The translations under genes were made by a program, and so were the position numbers. DNA of 64,000 nt. Origin: an uncultured bacterium (GTDB lineage: Bacteria > Bacillota_I > Bacilli_A > RF39 > UBA660). The stretch covers positions 78,950 to 142,949 of the forward strand of contig CAMNUE010000002.1 in the NCBI GenBank assembly GCA_946560065.1, in the 5' to 3' direction. Below are positions 27,248 to 37,340 of the stretch, piece after piece (position 1 is the first letter of the stretch; the number at the start of each line of letters is the position of its first letter). A model generated the notes under the pieces. That model ran no database searches and was not told the DNA's origin. It was given only the letters and a program-made list of their open reading frames with translations.

Positions 27248-27395
27248 ACTCGTCTTCTCCCCGCTCATCTTCGTACTCGTCAATCAACTCTTCCTGGGAA
27301 TCCCACCGATCATACAATGATTCTGGTGTCCAAGGAATGTATTTATCGTTTTCCCTTACCTGTTCTTCAATCGTTTTGTTCTCTCTCGTCTTCAT
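27237..27395 (-). CDS. small acidic protein
   Basis: Trimmed to ATG 27395 (AAGGAG RBS). Ends GEDEYEK. Confidence 0.45.
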   Translation of the reverse strand: MKTRENKTIEEQVRENDKYIPWTPESLYDRWDSQEELIDEYEDERGEDEYEK

Positions 27396-27405
27396 GCTTT
27401 CTCCT

Positions 27406-28197
27406 TTATTCAAATCTTGCTTCCATGCCATAGTAAATTCCATTCGCATCCTGTAGCGGATAACAACCTCCCGTATACCCTGCTATATAAGCCATACAAG
27501 CTCCTGATACATTTTCCATGTTATATCCCTCGGAAAATAAAAATTGCTTATTTCCAGGGTTTTGCGGAGCCACTGGGGCTGGTGTAGATGGAACGACTGG
27601 TTGTGGTGTAGAAGGAACTGTCGGTACAGATTGTGGTGGTTCTACATACACTGGTTCTTCTGTTGGTGTTTGCTGTACCTCTGCAAGTTCTTCTTTCTTT
27701 TCTTCAATCGAAGTTTCTTTCTTTTCTTCTTTTTCCGTTTCTTCTTTTGGTTTATCCGAATCCTTATTTCCAACTGTAACCTGTAACAATGCAGTTGCCT
27801 TATTTCCAGCTTTATCTGTTACCATATAAGTAATCGAATACTCCCCACTCTTAGATGTATCAATGGTTGAATATTTAACTTTATTATGAAGATTACCATC
27901 CCGATCATCCTCAGCGTGACTTACATACGCCATATAATCAATCGTTTCACCTTCCTTGATCTCAATTGATTCCCTGCTTAATTCAAGAACAGGAGCGGTA
28001 TGATCGATTTTTTCATTTTGTTCTTCCATTTTTGCTACAGACTTCTTGCTTGGTTCATAAATATACTTATATCCAGTATATAAACTTCCAGATAAAACAA
28101 GTATCAAGAAGAATCCCAACAAAAGTCGTTTCCGTTTCTTCTTTTTATGAAGCCGATACAGATTCAGTAATTCTTTTTCCTTTTCAGTCAATTCCAT
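27406..28197 (-). CDS. membrane-anchored protein with Ig-like domain
   Basis: N-terminal TM. The stretch HTAPVLELSRESIEIKEGETIDYMAYVSHAEDDRDGNL...GEYSITYMVTDKAGNKATALLQVTV is like bacterial Ig-fold domains. Pro-rich linker. Confidence 0.55.
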   Translation of the reverse strand: MELTEKEKELLNLYRLHKKKKRKRLLLGFFLILVLSGSLYTGYKYIYEPSKKSVAKMEEQNEKIDHTAPVLELSRESIEIKEGETIDYMAYVSHAEDDRDGNLHNKVKYSTIDTSKSGEYSITYMVTDKAGNKATALLQVTVGNKDSDKPKEETEKEEKKETSIEEKKEELAEVQQTPTEEPVYVEPPQSVPTVPSTPQPVVPSTPAPVAPQNPGNKQFLFSEGYNMENVSGACMAYIAGYTGGCYPLQDANGIYYGMEARFE

Positions 28198-28211
28198 CTC
28201 TCATCCCCCCT

Positions 28212-28937
28212 TTACTCACAGATGTTTACATAAATTGTATAGTCTTTGTTATCACTTTCCGCAAAACCAATATAAACGTAATCTCGATATGTTTCATTTT
28301 TCGGAATCTCTGTAAATTCGAAAGGAATCACTTCTTTGATTTCTTCTTTTTTGTCACTTGTATAATAAATAATATATCCAGAAACAGTCAATTTTCTTTT
28401 TGTTTTGTTTTCTATCGAAATAAGCGGTTGCCCACTATCATTTTTTCGTTCTGGAAAAAACTGCACATCAATATTGTCCTGCATCAAAATTTTAGTGGAA
28501 CGTTTTCCATCTTCATTGCTTCCTACGACTGGTGAAATTTTTAACTGATCGGCTTTAAAATCAATTGGCAATTTACCTTCTCTAGCAACTTTGTTATTTG
28601 GATTTGTGGTTTCAAGCACATAAGTTTGTCCAGGATTCAGATTGATGTCAATTTCATCATCATAGTTTTCATTATGAACACCATTTTCATCCTTTTTTGC
28701 AATCGTTCCTGCAATATTGACTTGAAATTTATTGTCATTTTTTATCAAGAGAAGTGTCTCGTTATTAGAATCCCCATAAGGCACATATTGAATATCCACT
28801 TTTTTCAGTGCATCTTTGAATATGTCCACTTTTTCAACTACTGGTTCTGGTTTTGTAAAAAATTCTTTATAAACGTATAACCCACCAAACGAAACGATCA
28901 CTATTCCCATAAGAATCATTGCTATCTTTTTACCCAT
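28212..28937 (-). CDS. membrane-anchored T4SS-region protein, function unassigned
   Basis: N-terminal TM MILMGIVIVSFGGLYVY. Confidence 0.5.
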   Translation of the reverse strand: MGKKIAMILMGIVIVSFGGLYVYKEFFTKPEPVVEKVDIFKDALKKVDIQYVPYGDSNNETLLLIKNDNKFQVNIAGTIAKKDENGVHNENYDDEIDINLNPGQTYVLETTNPNNKVAREGKLPIDFKADQLKISPVVGSNEDGKRSTKILMQDNIDVQFFPERKNDSGQPLISIENKTKRKLTVSGYIIYYTSDKKEEIKEVIPFEFTEIPKNETYRDYVYIGFAESDNKDYTIYVNICE

Positions 28938-28959
28938 TTTTATGCTCCTTTCATAAGAA

Positions 28960-28989
28960 AAGGCATCTTATTTCAGTATAAGATGCCTT
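28960..28989 (-). terminator. intrinsic terminator
   Basis: 12-bp stem AAGGCAUCUUAU/AUAAGAUGCCUU followed by UUUUCUU. Confidence 0.8.
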
Positions 28990-28994
28990 CTGTT

Positions 28995-29792
28995 TTATGG
29001 TTCAATCTCCTCTTGTTCTTCCGTTTCTTGCTCCTCTTGAGTCTCCATCTTTGATGTGTATTCATCATATTCTTCCTTTAATCTATATTGCAAATCTTCT
29101 GCATCCGAAGCCTCTAAATATTCATGATAAGCAATTGATTTAAAATGTTCATCGGAAATCAGTGTAGTTATTTCTTCTTTTGGAATATCTGGAATAGTGT
29201 TCATAATAGCTTCAATGTCTTCAAAAGCAGATTTTTTATAATAATGATTTTCCAAAGAAATTCCTATTGATGATGCACTTCGTTCTAACAAACTCACATA
29301 AGCATCCTGTTTATTTCCAAAGTAACTTCCCTGATCGTATCCTCGATCATTCTTTACCCATGTTACATATTGGTATCCCTCGATTGCATCTTTATTTTCA
29401 CCCATAACGATGCTAGATTGACCATTCAAATTGATTGAATGCAAAATCTCATATCCTGCGTTTTTCGGAATCCTGCTAATTCTCGAAAACCTTTTTTCGA
29501 ATTCGTTTTCTGGAAAATAACTTGATAGCGCCACTGACAATTCAGTAACCAATTTAGTATTTTTTAATTTATCATTTAATTTTACTTCAATACAACTATT
29601 TTCTTTATTTATACTACATTCACAATCCATAATCGGTTTAAAATAATTGTATCCTTTTTCTGTTAATACTAAATCTTTCCAAAATATATTATTATGTCCT
29701 TCAAAGTGAATAAGTATTACATTTCTTCTATGATCTTTTAAAGAATGTTTAATATAATCTTCGGAGCATAAAATATCTTTCAATTTCATCAA
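28995..29792 (-). CDS. hypothetical protein with N-terminal domain paralogous to 18293..18604
   Basis: See 18293..18604. Acidic C-terminus. Confidence 0.6.
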   Translation of the reverse strand: MMKLKDILCSEDYIKHSLKDHRRNVILIHFEGHNNIFWKDLVLTEKGYNYFKPIMDCECSINKENSCIEVKLNDKLKNTKLVTELSVALSSYFPENEFEKRFSRISRIPKNAGYEILHSINLNGQSSIVMGENKDAIEGYQYVTWVKNDRGYDQGSYFGNKQDAYVSLLERSASSIGISLENHYYKKSAFEDIEAIMNTIPDIPKEEITTLISDEHFKSIAYHEYLEASDAEDLQYRLKEEYDEYTSKMETQEEQETEEQEEIEP

Positions 29793-30520
29793 TTATCACC
29801 CTTTCCCACATTGTCTTTAAAATAGCACAAGTACCTGGTATTTCCATCTTCCTTTTGAATATTTCGAATTTTAAATTCCTGAGATGAATTGATGCCATAG
29901 TTGTATGCCATGGAGTAATTGGAAAACTCCATATCGTCCAATTTTTCTTCTCCTGTAGAAGTTCCTTTCATCCAAATATCTTCTAAAGGTTCCTCTTCCT
30001 TTGGCTTTTCATTTTCTTCTGCTCCCTTTACCATTTCAACGTACTCTGCAATCTCTTGATCGTTTAAATTCCAAGATTTTGGAATTTCTACGTTATCAAC
30101 GATAATTACATCCATCCCTTGTTTGTTTTCTCCATCTGTAGCACTAGAAAGATCGATAAGCCCTTTTACTTTAAAATCTCGAATTGGATTTTTACAATTC
30201 AATTTTAGCTTCTTTGCCATCTCAGTATCATAGACAACTTCTACCGATATTGTATCACCATTGGAAAGTGATTTTCTCGGAAAAGCAGTATAATCAAATG
30301 TTTCAATAAATTTTTCTAATTCTCGATTCCCTTCTGTGTCAATAGGATTCTGAATTTCCTCGATTACACCTCTTCCAGATTGTCCTGAATAAATGATTTT
30401 AATATCTTTTGTTAAGTCTATCGAATGTTCATTTTGTTTCAAACAAGATCCAACAAAAAACAAGATAATCAAAATTCCTGTAACTCCAATTCCTAAGTGA
30501 AATATTGTTTTTCTTTGCAT
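29789..30520 (-). CDS. membrane-anchored T4SS-region protein, function unassigned
   Basis: N-terminal TM/lipobox-like LIILFFVGSC. Coupled (4-nt overlap) to the downstream gene. Confidence 0.5.
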   Translation of the reverse strand: MQRKTIFHLGIGVTGILIILFFVGSCLKQNEHSIDLTKDIKIIYSGQSGRGVIEEIQNPIDTEGNRELEKFIETFDYTAFPRKSLSNGDTISVEVVYDTEMAKKLKLNCKNPIRDFKVKGLIDLSSATDGENKQGMDVIIVDNVEIPKSWNLNDQEIAEYVEMVKGAEENEKPKEEEPLEDIWMKGTSTGEEKLDDMEFSNYSMAYNYGINSSQEFKIRNIQKEDGNTRYLCYFKDNVGKGDN

Positions 30521-30540
30521 ATATCTCTTTCCCTCTTTCC

Positions 30541-33165
30541 TTATTTTTTACTTAAATCATGTAACATTTTCGTAGGTTTTGCGTAAATCGGTGCGTAGAT
30601 CGAATCCATCTGCGCTTTTGTGTACGTGACTATTTGATAATCATTTCCCGATGTTGCATATTCCCAGTTATCTGTTGCTCCATTTGTATTTCCATCCAAA
30701 ATTGTGATGTTGTTTCCGTCAACAGCAAGGACAATTCCTACATGATTACATGAGGTAGCTGAAAATACAGAGCCAACAACAGGCATCGATCCTTTCGGTC
30801 CATATACAAAATACTGCGGATGACGTTGTGTAATTGCACTCACCCAGTTATCCCCATTTCCAAGATAATTGAAATCTAATTTTGTTCCGTATAGATCTAA
30901 AAGTGCCCCAGCACTGTACCAGGTACATTGCCCGATTGGATACGTATTGAGTGGTGCTTGCCATAATTCCTTTTTGCTGAAATTTGGAATCCCATCAACA
31001 GAACCACCATATCCATATCCTTCACAAGCATTTAACGCATTCCTGTTTCGGACAATATCATAAATTTGATTATAGGTATCATTATCATAATGGATTCCTT
31101 CACTGTCTGTTTTCAAGTTATTTTTGATGTTACTATAGGTATCAACATACTTAATTTTACTATCTAATCCAGCTTTCATTTTTTGATTGAAGGATTCAAT
31201 ATCCGAGTTTTTTACATATCTTGATTTTGCATCATCAACTGGATTGATTGACATAAAAATAATGTCTTTCCCTTTCCATGCCCCGTTTGCAAGTTCATTG
31301 AGTTTGCTCAGGTATCGATCAGCATTACTTATGTCATTTACACCAAGATTGAAAACAATTGTATCACCATCTTGCAATTGGGCATTTGCTTGATTTAAAC
31401 CAGTGCTCATAAACCAATTATAGCCCTGTCCTGATTCAGCAATGAATACATCATTTCCGCCAGAAACAGCACCTTTCATTCCTACGGTTCGAGAATCTCC
31501 AATCCAGACAACTCGTCCTGTTATAGCATTTCCTGTTCCACCAGTACCTTTTAGTAAATCATACCACTTTTTGGCGGCTCCTCCTCGCCCTGCTACAACA
31601 GCGTCATAACTGTCAGCAGAAACCTCTACAATTTTATGAAATAAGTAAGCTGTCTGTACTGGATCTTTGGAAGTATAGAATCCTTCATTTTTTAATTGGT
31701 TATGATAATAACCATCCGTAAAAGCTTCTTTCCATAAATAGTCCAATTGAAATTGCAAATCATCCCAGCTCTTACCTTGACGAGCAGCTTCGGCAAATAA
31801 GGCATCTTTTCTTCCAAAAGACCATTGAACAATGCCATGTCCTTCGCCATTTGATTCAATGGCACCAGGATCGAATGAGGATTCTTTTTCAATGTTTCCT
31901 AAAACGCCAGAGGCAGCTTCATCGGATAGCCCCTTTGATGTTAGAAATTTAAAGATAGAGCGAGCATTCTGTTCCATTGTTCCGTTAGTGGCAGTGTACA
32001 TGGAACAATCCTCAGTCATTCTCTTGTGTTCTCCCATACTTGCCATTAAGACAATAACAATCAAAAAGCCGAAAAGTGTAATTAAAATCGGTACAATATA
32101 AGGAGCTAGAAAGGAAATTATAGCACTGACGGCTTTTCCTACCGCTTGAACAACAGTGGTGATAATCTTTTTAATTGTTCCACCTATTGCTTTTCCAGCT
32201 TTTGAACCTACTTTAATAGAGGACTTCACCAATCTTACAGAGCTTTTACCTACTTTTTTTCCTGCTTTATAAGTCGTTTTCGTAGTGGTTTTTCCAATAG
32301 TTTTAGCAACTTTAGCGCCCTTCTTTACCACTTTTTTTTGCATCTCAGATTGGGCGATCTGAACACCGCCTTCGCCTTCATCTTGCATCTTTGAAATCTT
32401 TCCAGATGTAGAAGAAATACCTTTTATTGCCTTTCCTGATACAACAGCTGTTTTTCCTATTACGGTTGCTGTTTTGGAAATTTTTCCTTGACTCTTTTCA
32501 AACTGGAATGTTTTCTTGTTTAAAAACTTTCCAATGTTTTTAGCAGTCGATTTGATCTTTCCATCTTCTGCGATAGCTGAAACTTCCTCTGCTCCTTCAA
32601 TATCAACTGTTTTACCTGCCTGTGTTTTAATACCAGTTAAGACAGATTCTTTGTTCTGTTGTGAATTAGGATTCTTTGATTTTCCTGGATCAACTAATGT
32701 CTTAATTCCTAAAAGTGATGAACTCTCATTTTTTGAGCTAATCGTATTCGCTTTTATGGAATCTGTTTTTACATCCGTTTTTGACAAATTTTCATTTACC
32801 AAACTACCTTGCTTAGAGGAATTATTTTCTGGTGATATTCCTTCATTTTTGGTTGGTACAACATTTGTTTTAATGCCTATTACACTAGAAGATTCTTTTG
32901 GTTCTGTGGTCTCCGTGGTTATTCCTTTAGGATCTGCATAATCTGCTTTTTGTGTATTGCTTGTAGTAGAGGTTTGCAAAGAATCACTTTCTAAATTGAG
33001 TGGACGGGATTTTCCTTCCTGTAGATGGTGTCTACGATCGTTCCACCTTGAAATTGCTTTTGCACTTTTATCTAATCCACTACCCGATTTTTCAAGACCT
33101 TTTCCAACATTCGCAGATGTTTTTCCGATTGTAGTTTGTGTATCTTTTTTTGTTTCCTGGCTCAT
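30541..33165 (-). CDS. multidomain peptidoglycan hydrolase of the T4SS (lysozyme-like + SGNH/GDSL + CHAP)
   Basis: TM segment; GVLGNIEKESSFDPGAIESNGEGHGIVQWSFGR (tail-lysozyme-like); VVWIGDSRTVGM and GVNDI (SGNH); QCTWYSAG...NHVGIVLAVDGNNITILDGN (CHAP/NlpC). Confidence 0.8.
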   Translation of the reverse strand: MSQETKKDTQTTIGKTSANVGKGLEKSGSGLDKSAKAISRWNDRRHHLQEGKSRPLNLESDSLQTSTTSNTQKADYADPKGITTETTEPKESSSVIGIKTNVVPTKNEGISPENNSSKQGSLVNENLSKTDVKTDSIKANTISSKNESSSLLGIKTLVDPGKSKNPNSQQNKESVLTGIKTQAGKTVDIEGAEEVSAIAEDGKIKSTAKNIGKFLNKKTFQFEKSQGKISKTATVIGKTAVVSGKAIKGISSTSGKISKMQDEGEGGVQIAQSEMQKKVVKKGAKVAKTIGKTTTKTTYKAGKKVGKSSVRLVKSSIKVGSKAGKAIGGTIKKIITTVVQAVGKAVSAIISFLAPYIVPILITLFGFLIVIVLMASMGEHKRMTEDCSMYTATNGTMEQNARSIFKFLTSKGLSDEAASGVLGNIEKESSFDPGAIESNGEGHGIVQWSFGRKDALFAEAARQGKSWDDLQFQLDYLWKEAFTDGYYHNQLKNEGFYTSKDPVQTAYLFHKIVEVSADSYDAVVAGRGGAAKKWYDLLKGTGGTGNAITGRVVWIGDSRTVGMKGAVSGGNDVFIAESGQGYNWFMSTGLNQANAQLQDGDTIVFNLGVNDISNADRYLSKLNELANGAWKGKDIIFMSINPVDDAKSRYVKNSDIESFNQKMKAGLDSKIKYVDTYSNIKNNLKTDSEGIHYDNDTYNQIYDIVRNRNALNACEGYGYGGSVDGIPNFSKKELWQAPLNTYPIGQCTWYSAGALLDLYGTKLDFNYLGNGDNWVSAITQRHPQYFVYGPKGSMPVVGSVFSATSCNHVGIVLAVDGNNITILDGNTNGATDNWEYATSGNDYQIVTYTKAQMDSIYAPIYAKPTKMLHDLSKK

Positions 33166-33197
33166 ACATTTCCCCTTTCACAACACAACAAAAAAAA

Positions 33198-33210
33198 GGA
33201 ACTGAGTTCC
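33198..33210. repeat. GGAACTNAGTTCC palindrome, copy 2
   Basis: 2 nt after the VirB4 stop and 32 nt before ATG 33165. Confidence 0.9.
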
Positions 33211-33212
33211 TT

Positions 33213-35759
33213 CTATCCTCTTGTTGTAGCCATTTTATCCGTGTTATTTAATTCATAAATTTTAAATTCCTTCGGAACAAGATTCTGGAATGGGATTTTA
33301 TCGTGTCCATAGACAATAATTCCTTGTCCAGATTTTGCATCGTTCGCAATATATCTTGACTCATTTTCAGAAATCTCAAATTGATTGCAAACAAGTTTTC
33401 GATCTATCGCTTTTTGCTTCAAAATTAAAGCAAACTCGGTATTGTTCAAGATTTTTCTTCCTTGTTCATTGTTTAAAACATCTTCAATATTTTGCGTAAT
33501 GACAGTCATCAACGCATTGTATTTACGCCCAATTTTAATCAATTTTGCCACATACTCACCAGCCGCCGCATTTTTTAGAAGAATATGAAACTCATCAATG
33601 AAAATCCATGTATCAATTCCTTTGTTTCGGTTAGTAACAAGTCGATTCATGATATGGTCCAAAACGACCAAATATCCTGCTGTCTGCATAGACTGAGGAA
33701 GTTCTGATATGTCAAATCCGATAACTCTGTTATGAATATTAACGTTAGTTGGGTGTGCAAAAATATCCTGGGAACCTTCTACGAATCTTTCCAAAGATTT
33801 AGCTAAACGTTTGGATTCTTTTTCTGGCTGTTTTTCAAGTTCATTTTGAAAATCCTTTAACAACGGCTGTTTGCTCTTATCCTTGAAATTCGACAACTCA
33901 TAATCCCAAAAAATATTTCTGACACAACGGTCAATGACCGTCTTTTCTACAGGATCTAAGTTTCCTTCATCCACTATTGATTCTACCCATCCTTGAATGT
34001 ATTCAATCTTTGCTTTGACAGGGGAATCATTTTCTGTTTCGGACAAGTTATAGTTTTGATCCAAATCCAGTGGATTGATGTGCGTATCAGTAGAACTTGA
34101 AATCACAATCTTTTGTCCTTGAAACCACTCAATCAAATTGTCATACTCCTTTTGAAAGTCGATAACAACTATTTCATCTTGTGGATAACGAATAAGAATT
34201 TGTTCAATTAACATTTTCATGGAAAAGGATTTACCAGAACCAGACGTTGCCAGAACAGCACCATTGCCGTTCATTAAACGCTTTCGTTCCAGGAAGATGG
34301 GATTTCTACTCACAAGATTGATTCCGTAGTATAAAGCCTGCGAATGCTGAAAGTCTTTTGAATTGAACGGAACGTGAACACCTGTTGCTTCGCTCGTTTC
34401 CTGGTGCTGGAATTGCAATGTGTTATGTCCAAGTGGGAGCGTATTTATGATTCCTTCGATTTGTTGCCAAACCAAAGGTGTCAATTTAATCAACATTTCT
34501 CCGATCTTATTTTGAACCTTCACGGTGTTGTCTTCTAATTCCTCATAACTATCCGCTACAATACAAACAACAATATTCTCATAGAACATTTTCTGATCGT
34601 TATATTGAATATCCTCGATCATCTGACCTACATCTTCCAATTTACTTTCCAACTTTTTATCTTTCATATATTCATAATTCAGTTGTTGTTTTGCCAAACT
34701 TTTGATTTTGCCAAAACGTTCTGTTTCTAGTCCAGACTGCAATTTACTCAGTTTTTTTACGGCTTTTACGGTTTCTGTTGGCTGAATATTGATTGTCGTT
34801 ATCATATTCACATCCTGAATCGTTGTGAGTGTATTGTAAAAGTGCGGCGTAATCGCATTTGGAAAGTCAGGATCAATATAAAGGCATCGAATGAACTTCT
34901 TTTTATGCTTCGTTTCCTCAGCATCAGAATTCGCAATGTCTTGTGGAGTGATTTCAAGATAATCTGTAGTCGTTACGTTGATATACTCTTTTGGTGCAAG
35001 AACATCATAAATGGTTAAATCATTTTCTTTTGCATATCCCAGAATATCGTGCATGTTTTTTTCGTCTGCGGTTTGAATATTCCAAAAATCGTGGATCAAC
35101 GTCAATCTTTCATTCATTGGAACAATCCGAATATCACTCTTTAAATCTTTGAATTTTTCTTCTGTTCTTCTATAAATATTGAAAAAGATTGATTTTGCAT
35201 CATCAAAATTCATCGCTTGCTGTGATACTGTGATATATCTTTTTGTGATTAGTGTATTTCGATTCGTTCCAATTGCATGATCGATCAAGGTATTGAACTC
35301 TCTTGCAATTTCTTTCTCATTTTCATTTGCTAATTGATCCTCGTCATATATGAAATCCCTTTTATATTTTTCTGTGTTGATTGGTGTACTGGCGTTTGTA
35401 ACCTGTACATGGGTATTTTTCGTAAATGAGTTAAGATAATCAACCCATTTTAGAAAAATTGCTCCTGCATCTTCGAAATCTGCCTTTGCAAAGGATATAT
35501 CCGTATATTCAAAGCAAATAGAATATGTATCATCATCAATTCTCATGATGTTTTGAGAAATTTCTTCAAACATCATTGACATAAGCTGTTGATTGGTTTT
35601 TGGAACAAATACTTTGTTCTTCTTATACTTTTTTTGGACAGATTTTATAACTGGATTATTTCTTTTCGAGGTTTTCTTCTCTTTCTTCGGTGGCTTCTCC
35701 TTTTTCAATTTCTCCTTCTTTGGTTTCTTTTCCTTCGGTTCCTTTTTCTTCAAGAACAT
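33213..35759 (-). CDS. virB4: VirB4-family conjugative ATPase
   Basis: Walker A GAVLATSGSGKSFSMK and Walker B TWIFIDEFHILL. Start set at ATG 35759 (AAGGGA upstream). K-rich N-terminus. Confidence 0.9.
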   Translation of the reverse strand: MFLKKKEPKEKKPKKEKLKKEKPPKKEKKTSKRNNPVIKSVQKKYKKNKVFVPKTNQQLMSMMFEEISQNIMRIDDDTYSICFEYTDISFAKADFEDAGAIFLKWVDYLNSFTKNTHVQVTNASTPINTEKYKRDFIYDEDQLANENEKEIAREFNTLIDHAIGTNRNTLITKRYITVSQQAMNFDDAKSIFFNIYRRTEEKFKDLKSDIRIVPMNERLTLIHDFWNIQTADEKNMHDILGYAKENDLTIYDVLAPKEYINVTTTDYLEITPQDIANSDAEETKHKKKFIRCLYIDPDFPNAITPHFYNTLTTIQDVNMITTINIQPTETVKAVKKLSKLQSGLETERFGKIKSLAKQQLNYEYMKDKKLESKLEDVGQMIEDIQYNDQKMFYENIVVCIVADSYEELEDNTVKVQNKIGEMLIKLTPLVWQQIEGIINTLPLGHNTLQFQHQETSEATGVHVPFNSKDFQHSQALYYGINLVSRNPIFLERKRLMNGNGAVLATSGSGKSFSMKMLIEQILIRYPQDEIVVIDFQKEYDNLIEWFQGQKIVISSSTDTHINPLDLDQNYNLSETENDSPVKAKIEYIQGWVESIVDEGNLDPVEKTVIDRCVRNIFWDYELSNFKDKSKQPLLKDFQNELEKQPEKESKRLAKSLERFVEGSQDIFAHPTNVNIHNRVIGFDISELPQSMQTAGYLVVLDHIMNRLVTNRNKGIDTWIFIDEFHILLKNAAAGEYVAKLIKIGRKYNALMTVITQNIEDVLNNEQGRKILNNTEFALILKQKAIDRKLVCNQFEISENESRYIANDAKSGQGIIVYGHDKIPFQNLVPKEFKIYELNNTDKMATTRG

Positions 35760-36390
35760 TTTCATCCCTTCTTTCATTCATTTGTAATTCCAAACGTTTA
35801 CCGAGTTCAATGATGTTTTGAATGTCGGCATATGATACAGTATCTTGGATTCCCTGTGTTTCTTTAATTTCTTTTAATTTTTCTTTTTCCTTATCTAAAT
35901 CGCCATACATTTTTTTCGCTTTTGCAAGTTCTCGCATCTGCCTACGTTCCAACTGCATTTTCTTCTTAGCTTCTTTTTCCGTACGTTTTTTCAGCTTCTT
36001 TTCTGCCCTGGTAATTTTAACCTTCTTTGCCTTCTTTTCTTTCTGTTTCGGTTTATTTTTCTTTGCCTCTTTTTCCGCTAGAATTTCTTTTTCTGTCTTA
36101 TATTCCAATGGTTTATAAAAATAGATGTAGTGTCTTTTCAAATATAAGAAAAGACGGTCTGCCTTTAATCCTTGAAACGTTAAAAATCCACAGGAAAGAA
36201 GAGGACCGCCAATTAAAATTACAAGCCAACTTGCCAGTTCATCTCCGATAATTGGTTTTATATAAATATAAAGCGGCACAACAATAACAGCTGTCAGGGC
36301 TAGAAAAAACCATTGGCGGAAGGTAAATCCCCAATATTTTTCCGAAACGTCAGAAAGTTCCTTATGTGTTCTAATTCTTATATTATCCAT
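35656..36390 (-). CDS. PrgI/VirB3-like membrane protein with long K/E-rich tail
   Basis: EKYWGFTFRQWFFLALTAVIVVPLYIY plus a second TM. The tail overlaps the virB4 start by about 104 nt. Confidence 0.7.
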   Translation of the reverse strand: MDNIRIRTHKELSDVSEKYWGFTFRQWFFLALTAVIVVPLYIYIKPIIGDELASWLVILIGGPLLSCGFLTFQGLKADRLFLYLKRHYIYFYKPLEYKTEKEILAEKEAKKNKPKQKEKKAKKVKITRAEKKLKKRTEKEAKKKMQLERRQMRELAKAKKMYGDLDKEKEKLKEIKETQGIQDTVSYADIQNIIELGKRLELQMNERRDENVLEEKGTEGKETKEGEIEKGEATEEREENLEKK

Positions 36391-36391
36391 A

Positions 36392-37273
36392 TTAAGCCCC
36401 CGTCCATTTCTCCGTTAATTGCGTGATTCCATTGAGTGCTGTTGTAAGGATTCCATTCATCAAAAGGATTCCAACCATAGCACCAAACGATACTCCAAAC
36501 GATGCCGATCCAACAACACCAGATAGAATACTCTTTAATCCAAGTGCATAAATATGGACGCATACAATCATAAGAATTCCTTCAAAAGCAAGTGCAACTA
36601 CTGACATGATAAACTTTTTACCTGTCGCACTTCCATCCTCCCACGTTCCGATTGCCAGCGGGATTGGCGAGAAAGCAAACGCAAGAATGATATTAATGAC
36701 TCTTTTGAATATTTGTGCAACCACCATTACGTAAGTACCGATAATCGGAAAATACATAACCAGGAATACAATAAACATTAAAAGAGGTGCAATTTCTCCT
36801 GTGACAATAAACAGTTTAACACCTTCGGCTTTAGCAACTAAATCACCAATCGTTGTACCAATATCAGCAGATGAGGCTGTTGAATAGTGAAGTGCTGTAA
36901 TAGTTTTATTTATGAAACCACCAGCAACGCTCATAATCATATTTAAAAATTCATAAGAGTGCTCGATCAACACTTTAAAAATCAAAAAGCGAACCATTGA
37001 CATAACAATTCTTTCCCATGAAATACGGTCAATTTCCATCGCTTTTTTTATCAAATCAATCATGACAAACACAGTCAATAAGGATAGCCCAATCGGAACA
37101 AATACATCATTCAAATCCTTTGCAATTTCTCCAAGTGTACTTTGCTGAATTTCTGTCCAATTACATAGACTCTTTGTCGTTGCAGCCAAGTTACTCAAAT
37201 CAATATGGAATCCAAATAAATTGAATCCAACATCTAAAAGCATCTTGACTATACCGCCCAAAAAATCACCCAT
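36392..37273 (-). CDS. VirB6/TrbL-like polytopic membrane protein
   Basis: 293 aa with at least 6 hydrophobic helices, positioned between the Maff2 and PrgI-like genes. Confidence 0.6.
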   Translation of the reverse strand: MGDFLGGIVKMLLDVGFNLFGFHIDLSNLAATTKSLCNWTEIQQSTLGEIAKDLNDVFVPIGLSLLTVFVMIDLIKKAMEIDRISWERIVMSMVRFLIFKVLIEHSYEFLNMIMSVAGGFINKTITALHYSTASSADIGTTIGDLVAKAEGVKLFIVTGEIAPLLMFIVFLVMYFPIIGTYVMVVAQIFKRVINIILAFAFSPIPLAIGTWEDGSATGKKFIMSVVALAFEGILMIVCVHIYALGLKSILSGVVGSASFGVSFGAMVGILLMNGILTTALNGITQLTEKWTGA

Positions 37274-37310
37274 TGTTGTTTCTCCTTTCTTTTGTTAAAA
37301 GCAAAAAGAT

Positions 37311-37323
37311 GGAACTGAGTTCC
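37311..37323. repeat. GGAACTNAGTTCC palindrome, copy 3
   Basis: 17 nt after the stop at 37341 and 37 nt before ATG 37273. Confidence 0.9.
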
Positions 37324-37340
37324 ACCTTTTTAAACTGCTT

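Noticed and set aside
27518-28535. Plus-strand ORFs antisense to well-supported genes. Examples are 27518..27829, 27544..27786 and 27966..28535; elsewhere 32516..32941, 43904..44356, 52895..53275, 53357..53779 and 35822..36118.
   Set aside because: These are shadow ORFs of minus-strand genes. They have low-complexity or hydrophobic, F/L/S-rich products typical of the antisense of A-rich coding DNA, no RBS, and complete overlap with genes that carry recognisable motifs.
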